Shown: positions 49,201-62,991, counted from the stretch's first letter. The stretch: DNA of 64,000 nt from Octopus vulgaris (GCA_951406725.2 OX597832.1:30690001-30754000); one strand, 5' to 3'. The notes: generated from the sequence alone by a model not told the origin. Program-made: numbers and translations.

Positions 49201-52200
49201 TCACGGTTTCGATTCCCAGACCGGGTGTTGTGTGTGTTTATTGCAACAATGGATATAATGATCTGATTGCTAACTATACCTACTACAGTGATATTGTATG
49301 ATAAAAATAATTTAATCCAATGAAATAAATTCAGAATGAAACAATTGTTTTCAAGCAACTCCCAGTGGTCAACCCAAATACCACTGGACATTTTGAGAAA
49401 TACATTGTGTTTTTGGTCCTTACTTTCAGAAGCACCACAAGCTGTTTTGTCCAAATACTCTACTGATTCCTTTATCCACTGATGTATCTTGGAATCTTGA
49501 TCTATTTATGACTTTTTCTCCCTTTTTATTGTAGGGTGGTCAAATACTCCGTAATGCTATTGCCTTTAGTTGCCTTTTACGACGACCGGTCAGAGTATGG
49601 AATATACGAGCTGGACGAAGCAATGCAGGATTACGGTAATTTATACACCTTGTTTTTTACTTTCTTAATTTACTCTCTCACCTACATCCATTGAAATCAT
49701 TGCCATCATCATCATTGTCCTCATCATCATCAAGCCCTGGCCATTACTGTCTCGTGTTGTAGCATTCATAGGGTCACCTACTTGTTTACCATGGTGTGTA
49801 AACGACTGAGATCACAATATTCCCTCTAAACCTGGTGCCAGTCCCTCACAAGGTTTACTTATTCACAGTGGAGTGGACCAGAGCAACGTGAAATGGAGTG
49901 TTTTGCTCAAGAACACAATGCACTGCCTGGTCTGGGAATTGAAAACCTGATCTTGCAATCTTGGTTGCAACACTCTAACTCCTAGGCCTCATGCCTTCAC
50001 ATGTACATGGAATGCTACACTTAAAACGTTAACCTGGTCTCTGGATGCCTTTAGGAATGTCCGTTCTGTTCCATGGATTTCAGGCCTGACTCTTGGTTTT
50101 TGCAGCAGCCGTGACTTGGTGACATTCAGGCTGAGCAATCAGTCACATCAGTCCCACCAATCTTGAGATGATGAACCTTGAAAGGCCTTCAAAATCGCAC
50201 ACAATTTATCCTTTTTAAATAAAGCAAATGGACATTAAGTAATCTAGCCCTAGATACGGAATGTCTGGAAAAAAAATGGATGAAATGATCTTGACTCAAA
50301 GTTCTTTGGTCATAGGTTTGCTAGATCAAAGCTGACTTGTGACTGAACAGAACACTTACTACACTTACATACTTAAAATTCACCCAATGTATATATGTGT
50401 GTGTGTGTGTTCAGCACTCATTATATACACGTATTTAATATTCATCATCATCATTTAATGTCAGCTTTCCATGCTGGCATGGGTTGGACAATTTGACTGA
50501 GGTCTGGCGAACCAGATGGCTGCACCTGGCTCCAATCTGATCTGGCAGAATTTTTACAGCTGGATGCCCTTCCTAATGCCAACCACTCCGAGAGTGTAGT
50601 GGGTGCTTTTACGTACCACCAGCACAAGGGCCAGTCAGGTGGTACTGGCAATGGCACGTATTTAATATTCACCATGATTATATATTCAACATTCATGCAT
50701 ACATATTTAATATTCATCAGGTGTATATATTCAACACGTTATATACGCATAATATTCACCAGGTGTGTCTAAATATATATGATGATTGCTTCATTGTGAC
50801 AGATGATAGCTGTCCCATCAACACACACACCACACCTCATCACACAGCACAATCCTTCCTTTCCATTAATGAGCCCTTGGATGACTTTTAAGACCATATA
50901 TATACATATATATATATAACACATGTATATTTAATATTCACTATGAGTATAAACATTGAATCTTTTTACCCTTTCTCTCTGCCCTTTCTTGCAGATCTCA
51001 ACATATGACTGGAATAAAGTTAATCAGTGCTATGTCTAACGGAAGGCTGGACGGTGCCACAATTGGCTCCACTGAAATCACATTTTATCCTGCTACTGTC
51101 AAAGCTGGTCGTTATGAAGCTGATACACAAACTGCTGGGTATGTAATGGGTACCGACCGACAACGTTCCTTTCAGCTTCCTTTCATTGTTATATGTGTTT
51201 ATATTGTTTCATTTGTACTTTTGAACTTCCATACATAATTTACGTAGGGAAATTTTGTTATTATAATAATAATAATGATGAAATTATTGTATACAGTGCT
51301 CAGGTGTACCACAACTTGTCAAAAGTGCGTATAAAGCATATGCAGTAATGTACAAATGTCTGGAAAGTGAACAGTGTATGAGTCAGATAGATGCTTGCTT
51401 GTGTGTATGGAGGAGAGAAAATCAGGTGTAGTGTTGGCGAATCTCAGGAAGCATGGAAGTTTTGAAGGACGCTGGGCGAATCTCAGGAAGCATGGAAGTT
51501 TTGAAGGATGCTGGGTGAATTTGGAAGGATTATATTGAGCAACTGAAGTATACCACTTACAATCCCTTTTGTTAGTTCCTACCTACTTTTGACAAATACC
51601 ATTTTACTTTGTATCTCTTTTTCGTCTGTCCCCATGCTGTGCTTCACATCAGCTTGTACATGATCACCATGTCTTCATCATTGCTGCAAAGGTTCACTTT
51701 AATTTCTGTGGATAGTATCTGCAGCAAACCGCCTTTGGTGGAGGCACATGGCCTAGTGGTTAGAGCAGCGAACTCGTGATCGAGGGATCACGGGTTCGAA
51801 TCTCAGACCGGGCGATGTGTGTGTTTATGAGCGAAACACCTAAGCTCCACGCTGCTCAGGCAGAAGGTAATGCTGAACGTCTGCTGACTCTTTCGCCACA
51901 ACTTTCACTCACTCTTTCCTCCTGCATCTTGCAGCTCACCTGCGACAGACCGGTGTCCCGTCCAGGTGGGGAACCTATACGCCAAGGAAATCGGGAAACC
52001 GGCCCTTATGAGCCAGGCATGGCTTGAGAAGAAAACAAACCGCCTTTCCCTCCACCCTACTTTTTGGGGGATAAGATCTCCCTGGTTCTGTTCTCTTCTT
52101 ATAGCTGGGCTTTGTCCCACCTGGTAGCATCATTTGAATGACAATAGCTAGGAAGATTACCATCATTGTTAATTCCCACAACTCTGTGTTGTGATTTCAG

Positions 52201-52860
52201 ATTTAGCCCCTGTTGTCTTTGACTATTATAATATGTATGCTGGCATTAATAGATTAGTACCAGTTATGCACTGGGTTTAAATGTGAGAAATTATTATTAT
52301 TTTGTCCAGTGAGCTAATGATTCTGCTATTGGTGAGCTGGTAGAACCGTTAACATGCTGAACCAAATACTATTAAGCATTTTGTCGGTCTTTCCTTTCTG
52401 AGTTCAAATTCTGCTGAAGTTGACTTTTCTTTCATCCTTTCGGGGGTCAATGAAATGATTACCAATTAAGCACTGGTATCAATGTAATTGATTAGCTTCT
52501 CCCGCAGAATTCCAGTCCTTGTGTCTGTAGCAGAAAAGATTATTATTGTATGTTTGACTTTTGCTTTGTATTTGTACAAGTTGACCCCAAGTCTCACCCA
52601 GAGACCTCTAAAGACAACAAATTAAAAGTTCATATCTGTGTTATGCCGTGGGTGTCATATATTTGGTTTTGCACAATAGTATTGTTCTAGAGAATGCTTA
52701 AGAAAAACAAGAAAATTATGTGTTTGTTTTAAAATTTGAGATTACATAGACAGTATTTTATGTAGGATATGGGCAGTTTCTATGAGCACTATCTTTTGAA
52801 TTTCTGCCATTTTGGGGTTTCCTGGTATCTGAGGAATCAGCACCTTTTTACTATCATTCC

Positions 52861-52894
<34 letters not shown>

Positions 52895-55800
52895 TTCCTT
52901 ATTTTTCCAGGAGTGTATGTCTGCTGATGCAAGCTGCTGTCCCCTGTATGGTGTTTGGCAATGGGAGTATTGAACTACGGTTATTAGGGGGAACCAATGC
53001 AGAAATGGCCCCCCAAATTGATTACCAGCTTTTGGTTTGTTGATTTTCATATTTTTTTTCCACCCTTTTCCATATTTTTTTTTATCTATTCTTTTATTCA
53101 TGCTATAAGGTTTTTGTTGGCAGAAACGTTAGCACGCCGGGCGAAATGCGTAGCCGTATTTCGTCTGTCGTTACGTTCCGAGTTCAAATTCCGCCGAGGT
53201 TGACTTTGCCTTTCATCCTTTCGGGGTCGATAAATTAAGTACCAGTTATGCACTGGGGTCGATGTAATCGACTTAATCCCTTTGTCTGTCCTTGTTGTCC
53301 CCCTCTATGTTTAGCCCCTTGTGGGCAATAAAGAAATATATATTGCAGTTGGTGATTACAGCTCTTGTGTTTGGTAAAATATATTTTTTGCTGTCAGTTG
53401 AAAAGTCTCTTGTTTTCTTTTACAGGTGTTTAAACCAATTGCTGCAAAATTTGGTTTATATTTCGACTGTGATATTGAACGAAGGTAATGCCGTTTACTT
53501 ATTCACTGTTTACTTTTTCCTATCCTTTTCTTCTCTTTCTTTCCATCACATGGATATCAGCTCAGCCGCAAAGATCCGTGGGATGTGAGACAAGGAAGAA
53601 GAATGATAAAATCAAATACCAGTAATATACTGGAAGTCAATCCAATCAACTCTATTATTTCCTTGTGTTCAGTCAACAGAAATTGTATATATATACCAAA
53701 TACTGAGTTTGCCTTTCAGCCTTACGGGGTGAATAAAATAATTAGAATTTGAGCACTGGGTTTGATGTAATTGACTTACCCCAGAAAGTTGCTGGCCTTG
53801 TGCCAAAATCTGAAACCAATATGAAATATCAATTTAACTCTTTAGATACCAATCCACCTGAAACTGACTCAGGTATCTTTGATTGAAACTTCCCGTTTTC
53901 CTGTTTAAGGCGGCGAGCTGGCAGACACGTTAGCACGCTGGGCAAAAATGCTTAGCGGTATTTCGTCTGCTGTTACGTTCTGAGTTCAAATTCCGCCGAG
54001 GTCAACTTTGCCTTTCATCCTTTTGGGGTCGATAAATTAAGTACTAGTTGTGTACTGCGGTCGATGTAATCGACTTAATCCCCTTGTCTGTCCTTGTTTA
54101 TCCCCTCTATGTTTTAGCCCCTTGTGGGCAATAAAGAAATAAGAAACTTCCTGTTTTAAAGTGATCTAAATCAAAGTTTTGATTATTTCTAAAATTAATT
54201 GAAAGTAATGTAGCATATTTCAAAAGAATTATGATAACAAAAGAATTTAAAAAGGTGGCGAGCTGGCAGAAAGGTTAGCACACCGGGCAAAATGCTTAGC
54301 GGTATTTCGTCTGCCGTTATGTTAGTATAAGACACTGGCCTAAGGTGCCACGCAGTGGGACTGAACCTGGAACCATGTAGTTGGGAAGCAAGATTCTTAC
54401 CACACAGCCATGCCTGCGCCTGAAGTATTTCTTACCTGGCACTTCAACTGTTCTTTAAGATTTCCCTTCAAAATCCCTTAAAATAAATATTTTTTTATAT
54501 CTTCTTTATTTGCTCTCATTCAATTTTTCAGGGGTTACTATCCTAAAGGTGGTGGTGAGGTGTACGTGAGATCAGAACCTGTGAAATACCTGAAACCTGT
54601 CACTTTGACTGATGTCGGACACGTCACTAGTATCTACGGACGCTCGTTTGTATCCGGGCAACTCCCGCCTAAAGTAAAGTAGATCTTCTTTTGTGTTAAA
54701 GCATGCACTGGGGTGTGTGTGTGTGTCTGTGTCTGCGTGTGTGTCTGTGTGTGTATATCTACCTCAAAACAGACTCTCTACTGAAATGTGCCTACCTGTG
54801 CGTACATGTCTTATGTATGTCAGTAAGGTAACCAGTTGACGGAGTCTTTAGAGAGTTGAATATATTACTTTTGTGTTTTGACTCTCTTACACTCTGAGTT
54901 CAAATCCAGGTGAGGTCTATTTCACCTGTCATCCTTTTGGGATTTGATAAATAAAGTTCCAGTGTTCCAATCCAGTATTGGAGTTGATTCTTCTCTCTCT
55001 TTCTGTCCAAGACACGCCATGTAATGATATCTCCTTTATGACTCCATTAAGAAGTTGAGGACCAAAGGCGTGTATGTTGGTATATGATATATGTATATGT
55101 TTGTATACGTGTATCTGTGTTTCGAAAAGGTATCACACATACTTGCTTAAATACATGCAAATACACACACACACACACACACACACATCTAGTGTGATCA
55201 CACTTAATACAACTTTCTGTTGAAATAAATGGATGCAATGTGATTGTCCTTTCTCTCTCGCTCTATGTGTGTATGTTTATATATCTATATATGTACACAC
55301 ACACACACGTTTCTTCTGTGTGACAAATCACCCCTAACATCTGGCCACCTAACTCCCCAGACTGCAATCTCATTGATTATTATGTGTGGAGCGCAGTTGA
55401 GCAAGACACCAACAAGACTTGTAACACTAAAGACGAACTGAGGGCAAGGATTATGGCTGTATTGACCAACAAGGAGACCATCCAGAAGATTCCAAAGTCG
55501 TCTGGAAGTTGTGGTTGAAGCCAGTGGCGATTTTATTTAATAAATTTACTCTTTAGTATTTGAAGATATTTTTATGTAATTTTGTTAAATATATCTGTTA
55601 AAATGAAATGTCAGTGTTATTTCCATTTTTGCATAATTTAGATGACAATTTATTCCCACGAGGGGGCCTGAAAGGCTCCTGTCTTTAGGGGTGTTTTGAA
55701 AGGCTTGGTTGAAGGCCCGACCTTCCAAGTTCTTTTACAGGGCTTTGAAAAATCTGGAGGACTGCTGCAACAAGTGTGTGAACCTAAGAAGGAAATAGAT

Positions 55801-58800
55801 TTAATAAAATCATAATTAATCGATCCTCCTGTATTTTCTTTTGCTCAAAGCCAGGAACTTTTCAGAACCTCCTTGTATATGTGTGTATACATATATATAT
55901 ATATATATATCTGCACACACACACATTAACAGTGTGTGGCTAAATTCAAGATCCATTTGCAACTAGTCCTGGTGTACCAACCACTAATGCCATTAGAATA
56001 GGCATGAACATCACACACTCCCTTCTAGTTTCTCTCTTCTTAAATGAATGGTTACTTTATTCTCTTTATTTTTTTTGATACAGGTTGCAAGGCTAATGGC
56101 TGACACAGCAAAGGCCACCCTGAAGCAGAAGATGAACAATATACCCATCAAAATGGATGTTGTGAAGGAACCGAACCCAAACACAGCTTCTGGAATCATG
56201 TATGTTTGTGTTGGAGTGTTGTGTAAATATGTGAACTGTCATCATCACTCTCATCATTAAGTACCATCACTGCTATCACCCTGGCCATTCACCATCATCA
56301 TCATCATCAATGATTTGTTCTTTTGTTTCAGTCATTTGACTGCGGCCATGCTGGAGCACCACCTTCAGTCGAGTTAATCAACCCTAGGACTTATTCTTTG
56401 TCAGCCTAGTCCTTATTCTATTGGTCTCTTTTGCCGAACCACTAAGTTACGGGGATGTAAACACAGCAACATCGATTGTCAAGCAATGATGGGGGGACAA
56501 ACACAGACACACAAGCATATATACACACACACACATATATGTGCCGGTGGTATATAAAAAGCACCCACTACACTCTTGGAGTGGTTGGTGCTATCAAATT
56601 GACATTGCTTGTACAGGTGCACAGTGTTGAAATGGTTGAAGAGCAGTGTGAGATGGTTTGCTCAAGAAAACAATGCACCACCTGGTCTAGGAATTGAAAC
56701 TACGATCTCTTGATCATGTGTGCAATACCCTAACTACTAGGACATACATCCTCAAATAATAATAATAATAACAATAACAATAATAGGACCTGAAGAAAAA
56801 GCTAAGCAGGTTGTGAGGTTGCAGGGAAAGTAAGATCGTATCAGTTGTCGTAGGAGCCTTAGGGACAATAGGGAAGAGGCTGAAGGAGTGGACACAAAGG
56901 ATTGGGCTGCAGAGGCACATAGGGTCCGTGCAACTGGCCTGTCTGTGAGGAACAGCAAAGACCATTGGAAAGTTCTCAGATCCAAGAGTAAATCCACCTA
57001 AATTCTATCATAAGGATGAGATACAAAAAATTTTGAAATAAATAAATTAAATGGTGCAGGTGTGGCTGTGTGGTAAGTAGCTTGCTTACCAACCACATGG
57101 TTCCAGGTTCAGTCCCACTGTGGAACCTTGGGGGGTCAATGTAATTGACTCATCCCTTCCCCCAAAATTGCTGCCCTTGTGGCAAAATTTGAAGCCATTA
57201 CTATTATTATTATTATCATCATCTTTATTACTACTACTATTTCTATTTATAGTTTGGTGGCTGAAACCACAACTGGATGTCTTTTAGCTGGCTCAGGACT
57301 TGGCAAAAGAGGTTTGTTCTCTTATTTTTGTATTTTCTTTTTTCCCTTGTTTTATTCTTGGTATTCTGGGCTGAAACCAATAAAAGAAGTGGTCACTTGG
57401 AGGACAGTAACTGAATCAATGCCGGGGGTTTAGTTCACAGGTGATCTAAACGACTAGGTATGCTAGGTAAGTGCTGTAACGAATTGCTAGGGCTCCAAGG
57501 TTATAGCCGAGACGGTAGTTATGGAGCCATTGCAGATTTCCGGTGTAGCAGATGTATAAATCCCAGAAACAGCTGTAAGACTGAATTTTTTCCAATAATA
57601 ATAATGTATATGACTTGAGATGTGTGCCTTGCTTTAACGTTTGTTGTCCTCTTTAACAATTATATATATGTGTGTGTGTATAAATTTATATAGCACCCAG
57701 TTTTTATGTTATAATGTAGTTGGTGATGGGTCAGGCAACCCAGACATAAAATTCATGCTAAAACCACAAATTGCTGTAGCTTTATATGTTTGTGTTGGGT
57801 AGGTATGGAGTGTGATGAGTGGTGAGAGTTGTGAGACTTGCCCAACCCATGCCAGTATGAAAAATAACTGTAAAATGATGACGATGTTAAATATATATAT
57901 ATCGTAGGCTTCCTTCTACACAGTTCCATTAATCACACTTTTCACTGGAGTGCATCGGTCAGCTCTAAGTTACAACAGGAGATATTTAATTCCGCAGGGA
58001 AAATGGCCTTAAAGCATTTGTTGTTTGAAATGATATAATTAATGTAAACGAAGTTTAGCAATTAAAACTATTATAAAGTGAGAAAGGAAACTAGCAAAGA
58101 GTGAAAAAGATAATTAAAAAAATAGACTTGGAAGAAAAAAAATTTCAGAGAAATATTAGCAAAATGCTGTGTTTGAGAAGCCATGCCAAGCTAACAAATT
58201 GTGGAGAGTAGGGGATGACTGTCAGCAGAAGAGTAATGATGATGGACATGAGAAGAACGAGAGAGAGAGATTAAATGCCTAATTAATATTTTATATTTAT
58301 GTTTTAAAGGACGTTCTGCAGAGGATGTGGGTTACCAGGCTGCTTCCAGTCTTTTAGACAATATTTTCCACGGTGGTTGTGTTGATGACTATCTACAAGA
58401 TCAGGTACCATTTTTTAATGTCTCTATGGATACTAACAATGTAAAATGTATCTCAAAAGCTGTTTACGATTGGTGACGTTTCATCAGCTTTACTTTAGTG
58501 AGTGAAGATTCCTCTAATTGTCCTTGTGTTAGAAAACCTCCTTTACTACATTTATGAGTGAGGGTCCCTTCTGCTGTGCTCTGGTAAGGACTCCACTGCA
58601 TTTTGGCGAGTGAGGACTCCTTCATTGTGCTCATGTGAGAAAAAGAACCTCCTCAGCTGCACTTTTTTATATTTCATCTTTCACATAAAGAGACTTTTAC
58701 CTTAAAGACTTACCTTAAATACACATTTAAAAAAAATTCTTTAGCTACCATTTTGTTTTTAATGCCCTGCCTGTTTCCAGTAATTTTGAATGTATCAGAG

Positions 58801-60339
58801 AACTTAATAAAACGACTTAGTCATTAATTAAATTGATGTTTGGAACAAATTAACATGAAATTTCAAAGGATGGTTTTAATTTAGGTCACTTAAAACTGGA
58901 AGTCGGTATCATAGAGCTAGGGGCAGTCCCCAACACATTGCTATCGAAAGGATTATATAGACATCTTGTTTTCCTTACATTTTCTTTCTTCTTTTTACCT
59001 TAAATAGAAATTCTTTATTCCATATTTTGTTCCTAAAAATACTTCAGTGTTAACTTAATGGTTCTCTTTTTTTGCAGTTAATCATTCTGATGGCTTTGGC
59101 TAAAGGCAAATCTAGCATTCGATGTGGCCCCCTCACTCTCCATACTGAAACAGCCATACATGTTGCTAAACAACTTACTCAGGTATGTTAAAAGAGAAGC
59201 TAACTTTAACGCTTTTGTCTAAATTACCAACAACCAAAGAAACAAACAAATGCTTGTCTCAGCTTCTTTAGCCTTGTTGTCTGAATTAGAAATCTTCTGT
59301 CTGAAGGTTAAACGGTTGTGTATAGTAGATAGGTTTTACACCATTTGATCTCTAGACTGCAAAACATTTAAGCATTCAGCAGTCCTGTAGTATTACTGCT
59401 GTTTAAAATTGTATGGTACCTAGGTGTATAGGGTATAGACACACTAGTGTGGTACCTACTTACACTATCACATTGTGGTACCCACCTATAGCTGGGAGGG
59501 CTGGACTGTTGAAAATTGTTTTGGTCAAGGACACAGTACAGTGAATTTTGCCATCCTGTGGAACCTACGTACAGCTAGATAGACAGGACTGTTGATAGTT
59601 ACTTGTATAGGTTATGGGAACAGAATAGTGAACTACAAGGCCATCACTTAAGGCTTGGATGTCATTATGTGGGCACCACTGAAGACCTGGTTGTCCTTCT
59701 GTTATTCTGGATGTCATTGCAAAGCCAGCTGTGACTCTACCATGCTGTAGTAACCATGCAGACCACATCGAAAGACACTACACAAAACCTCTCTCTATAT
59801 AAAGCTGAAGTTGTCTGTGCGTGGCAGGTTTGGTAGCCTTCAACTAACACTATCTCCTCCGAGACCCTGCAGCGCAAGTTGACCAAAATTGAGAGTATGA
59901 CAGAAGAAGGCTTGCTCTTCATTCCGTAGAAGAAAAAATTCAAATCGGACCATGTTAACACCAAAAATTATTTACATCAAAAAGGTGCTTTTTTTTCTAT
60001 GAAAATCCCTTTTTTTTAATGATTTTTTGACTGCTGTGTCGCCATTTTTCGGTGTATTTCAACCAGAAAATTGTTCACTTAAAGAGAATAACAAGCTACA
60101 TAATGCAAAATTTTTACTTTTCAAAAATTCCAATACTAAAGAGTCGAAACAAACCCGAGCAACGCCGGGCGATACTGCTAGTAACACTAAAAGGTATTCA
60201 AATGATGTATGCTTTTTTTTCCTAAATGTTTTCTTTCTTTTTTTTATTATTGCAGGCCAAGTTTGATGTGGTAAACCTTTCTCAGACCCAGACAATCATC
60301 GAATGTGAAGGAATTGGTTTAGAGAATGTTGTGATGTGA
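46183..60339 (+). CDS. RTCA: RNA 3'-terminal phosphate cyclase; 11 exons, 1080 nt, 359 aa: join(46183..46233,49535..49635,50995..51138,52911..53034,53426..53484,54532..54673,56084..56199,57253..57311,58310..58404,59078..59182,60256..60339)
   Basis: Phase-compatible GT-AG exons. Motifs [57 protein letters not shown] and catalytic His in TLHTETAI. The His distinguishes RTCA from the non-catalytic RCL1. Confidence 0.96.
49535..49635 (+). CDS. RTCA: RTCA exon 2
   Basis: [34 protein letters not shown]. Confidence 0.95.
50995..51138 (+). CDS. RTCA: RTCA exon 3
   Basis: [48 protein letters not shown]. Confidence 0.95.
51737..52035 (+). mobile_element. Full-length tRNA-derived SINE (family D) with V-SINE-like domain
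   Basis: A box TGGCCTAGTGG, B box GGTTCGAATCT, CTGCGACAGACCGGTGTCCCGTCCAGG motif, 12-bp TSD CAAACCGCCTTT. Related copy at ~25051-25292. Confidence 0.88.
52911..53034 (+). CDS. RTCA: RTCA exon 4
   Basis: [41 protein letters not shown]. Confidence 0.95.
53426..53484 (+). CDS. RTCA: RTCA exon 5
   Basis: [20 protein letters not shown]. Confidence 0.94.
53906..54145 (+). mobile_element. SINE family C (GCCTTTCATCCTTTCGGGGTCGATAAA, Meta-domain-like)
   Basis: AAGGCGGCGAGCTGGCAGA head, GAGTTCAAATTCC B box, (AAGAAAT)n tail. Other copies at approximately 296-455, 1115-1302, 41240-41405, 44895-45075, 45750-45970, 48290-48455, 52330-52545, 53116-53338 and 61570-61785. Confidence 0.85.
54532..54673 (+). 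CDS. RTCA: RTCA exon 6
   Basis: [47 protein letters not shown]. Confidence 0.95.
55305..55658 (+). mobile_element. Tc1/maT-type transposase C-terminal relic
   Basis: [20 protein letters not shown]...TKDELRARI...[14 protein letters not shown] (WPxxSPDLNPIE-type motif). Confidence 0.82.
55659..55875. mobile_element. Mariner MITE
   Basis: CGAGGGGGCCTGAAAGGCTCCTG...CAGGAACTTTTCAGAACCTCCTTG-TA imperfect TIRs. Confidence 0.7.
56084..56199 (+). CDS. RTCA: RTCA exon 7
   Basis: [39 protein letters not shown]. Confidence 0.93.
57253..57311 (+). CDS. RTCA: RTCA exon 8
   Basis: [19 protein letters not shown](G). Confidence 0.94.
58310..58404 (+). CDS. RTCA: RTCA exon 9
   Basis: [31 protein letters not shown] (AAG-type acceptor). 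Confidence 0.94.
59078..59182 (+). CDS. RTCA: RTCA exon 10
   Basis: [35 protein letters not shown], catalytic His. Confidence 0.95.
59790..60181 (+). mobile_element. Non-autonomous Helitron
   Basis: 5' TC...TATATAAAGCTGAAG start, 3' hairpin CCCGAGCAACGCCGGG followed by CTAG|T. A fragment recurs inverted near 45718-45749. Confidence 0.75.
60256..60339 (+). CDS. RTCA: RTCA exon 11 (terminal coding)
   Basis: [27 protein letters not shown], conserved C-terminal IECEGIG. Confidence 0.93.
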   Translation, partial: AKFDVVNLSQTQTIIECEGIGLENVVM

Positions 60340-60352
60340 TTTGATATCACTT

Positions 60353-60389
<37 letters not shown>

Positions 60390-60839
60390 CTATTCCTTAA
60401 ATACATGTATTTATGTACATACAGACATGCATATGTGTATAATATATCCATATATGTGTGCATGTATGTAAGTATTTTTTTATATATACACACAAAGGAA
60501 GCAATCCAGCTTTTAGAAAACAAATAGACATCAAAGTTGTTTAATGGTGCACTTTACTATGTATATGTATACATTTGTACGTACATTGTGTGTGTGTGTG
60601 CGAGTGTATGTATGTAGATATGTGTTTGTGTTAACTAACGAATGAAAGAAAAAAGTACTCAATACTGAAAATAGAGTATAGATAATTTAATTCGGTCAAT
60701 TGAAACCAATCTCACTGAAGCAACAAGTTTCCACAAATGTTGGCTGCACTGACAGAAGAAACAGATGCAGCATTTGGGAAAACATAGCTTGGTTTTGTTT
60801 GACTAAATTCAATTTCATTATATATATATATATACACAT

Positions 60840-60890
<51 letters not shown>

Positions 60891-60971
60891 CATACATACA
60901 TATGTAAATGTTGAATGATGAGAATGAGTTCAACACTGCATTGGTGGATAGAATTTCTTTATTTGTGTATT

Positions 60972-61158
60972 AAGGCTACCATTGGTTTCATGCTAAGAAA
61001 ATATATTTTAACATCTTAGCAATTTTGAAAGCCAATCGCATGGAGGAATGGTGTTTTCATCCAAAATGGAGATGAACACCATTCCGCCATGTGACTGGCT
61101 TGAAAAATTGCTAAGGTATTAAGATATTTTTTCTTAACATGAAACCAATGGTAGCCTT
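60972..61158. repeat. Long inverted repeat (~90-bp arms) downstream of the RTCA stop
   Basis: AAGGCTACCATTGGTTTCATG...CATGAAACCAATGGTAGCCTT. Confidence 0.92.
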
Positions 61159-61387
61159 TATATCTATCTATGTGTATATATATAGGTACAACATCAGTTT
61201 TCTGGGACTTTTGGTTTCAAACCCTTTCTAGATTACTGATTTTTCTGAACTAGGGGTGATCTCATTGGTCAACAGCAGTATATTAAACAAATCTGAAATG
61301 AAATACAGGTAACTGTATGTTATTGTAAATTATTGCAGACTAGAAGTTATGGACCATCAGTACTCAGAATGTCATGTTGTACCTCTC

Positions 61388-61429
<42 letters not shown>

Positions 61430-61835
61430 AATTCTTATACAAGAATGTCATTGACAGTGACTTTGAAGTTGTGGCCAACAACATTCTTGTAAAAGAATAA
61501 TAAATATGTATGTAGTATAGACTAACCCAGCAGATTAATATAAAATTGTCTTTATTGTAACTGAATGAAGCAGCAAACTGGCAGAACCATTAGCACACTG
61601 GGTGGAATACCTAGTGGTATTTTGTCTGCTGCTGTGTTCTGAGTTCAAACTCTGCCGAGGCCAACTTTGCCTTTCATCCTTTCGGGGTTGATAAATTAAG
61701 TACCAGTGATACACTGGGGTCAATGTAAATGACCAGTCTCCTTCCCCAGAATTTCAGGCCTTGTGCCTTTAGTAGAAAGGATTATAACTAAATATAAAAA
61801 CAAACATTATATATATGTATATGTGTGTGTGTTGT

Positions 61836-61892
<57 letters not shown>

Positions 61893-62953
61893 TTTATTAT
61901 ATATATATAATAATTATATTATTATATATATAATAAAGAATAATAAAATATTATATTATATATATATATATACACACACACAATATATATATATATACAT
62001 TTCCACACATTAAATGTGGAATTCTCACATGTCTGCATGTCTGCACAACCAGAAAAGATGTCTGCCTTGAGCATGTCACATCACTTATGCTAGCAATGTT
62101 TATTTTGTTTGTTTGTAGGAATATCTATGTCCACGGATGCATGCATGTGTGTGTGTGTGTGAGTGTCTATATGTGTCAATGTACACGTGTGTATCTTCTA
62201 AAGACCAATAAGTACAACTCATATATTTAATAGTGATAATAATAATAATGATAAACAAGTATTAAAAAAAAAGCCAAAAAGCCACAAAGGAAAAATACTC
62301 TCAAACCCCCAAAACAATACAATAAGAGCCTGTGATATTCACAAATCATAAAAGTACAATTAGTTCTTTTTCGATCGTTTTTCCTTCTCTTTTTTCCTCA
62401 ACTTTGATCTTTTTATGATTTCTTTGATCAAAAACAAAAAAAAAAGAAAGAAAAGAATTTTTATTTATTTTCTTTACCAAATTCTATAACCATGCTGGAA
62501 TTGAAACCATTGTTGATGAAATACCAAACGAAACAATGTTTCTTGTAATAAAAAGAAAAAGAAAAATATGAGACAAGAAAGGAAAAGAATAAAAAAAAAA
62601 ATGATTATGGTGAAGTAAAGTCTCTGTATTACAAAGACATTGTGTTGGTGTTTCTTATTTCGGTCTTGGATTTTTGAAGTTTCAAAGATTAAGTTGGTAC
62701 TTCTTCATTTGTCACATTAAAGGTTTCTGTCTCATAAATCACCATCATTTTAATGTCCATGGGTCAGATGGAATTCGTTGAGGTTGCTGTCGGTTTTGGC
62801 ATGGTTTTTACAGCTGGATGTCCTTCTAAATGACAACCAAACTTTCATGGACTGTTGTCATAAAGTTTTGCAGCTTTAATAAAAGCATATCTCTCCACCC
62901 TTAGTATATGAGTACTATTTTTCCACCTTGTTTTGCACGTATGTGCTCACTTC

Positions 62954-62991
<38 letters not shown>

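Noticed and set aside
51740-51812. tRNA gene (also 25051, 31880-31954, 49165)
   Set aside because: A/B boxes belong to SINE heads that continue into SINE bodies with TSDs. No complete acceptor stem.
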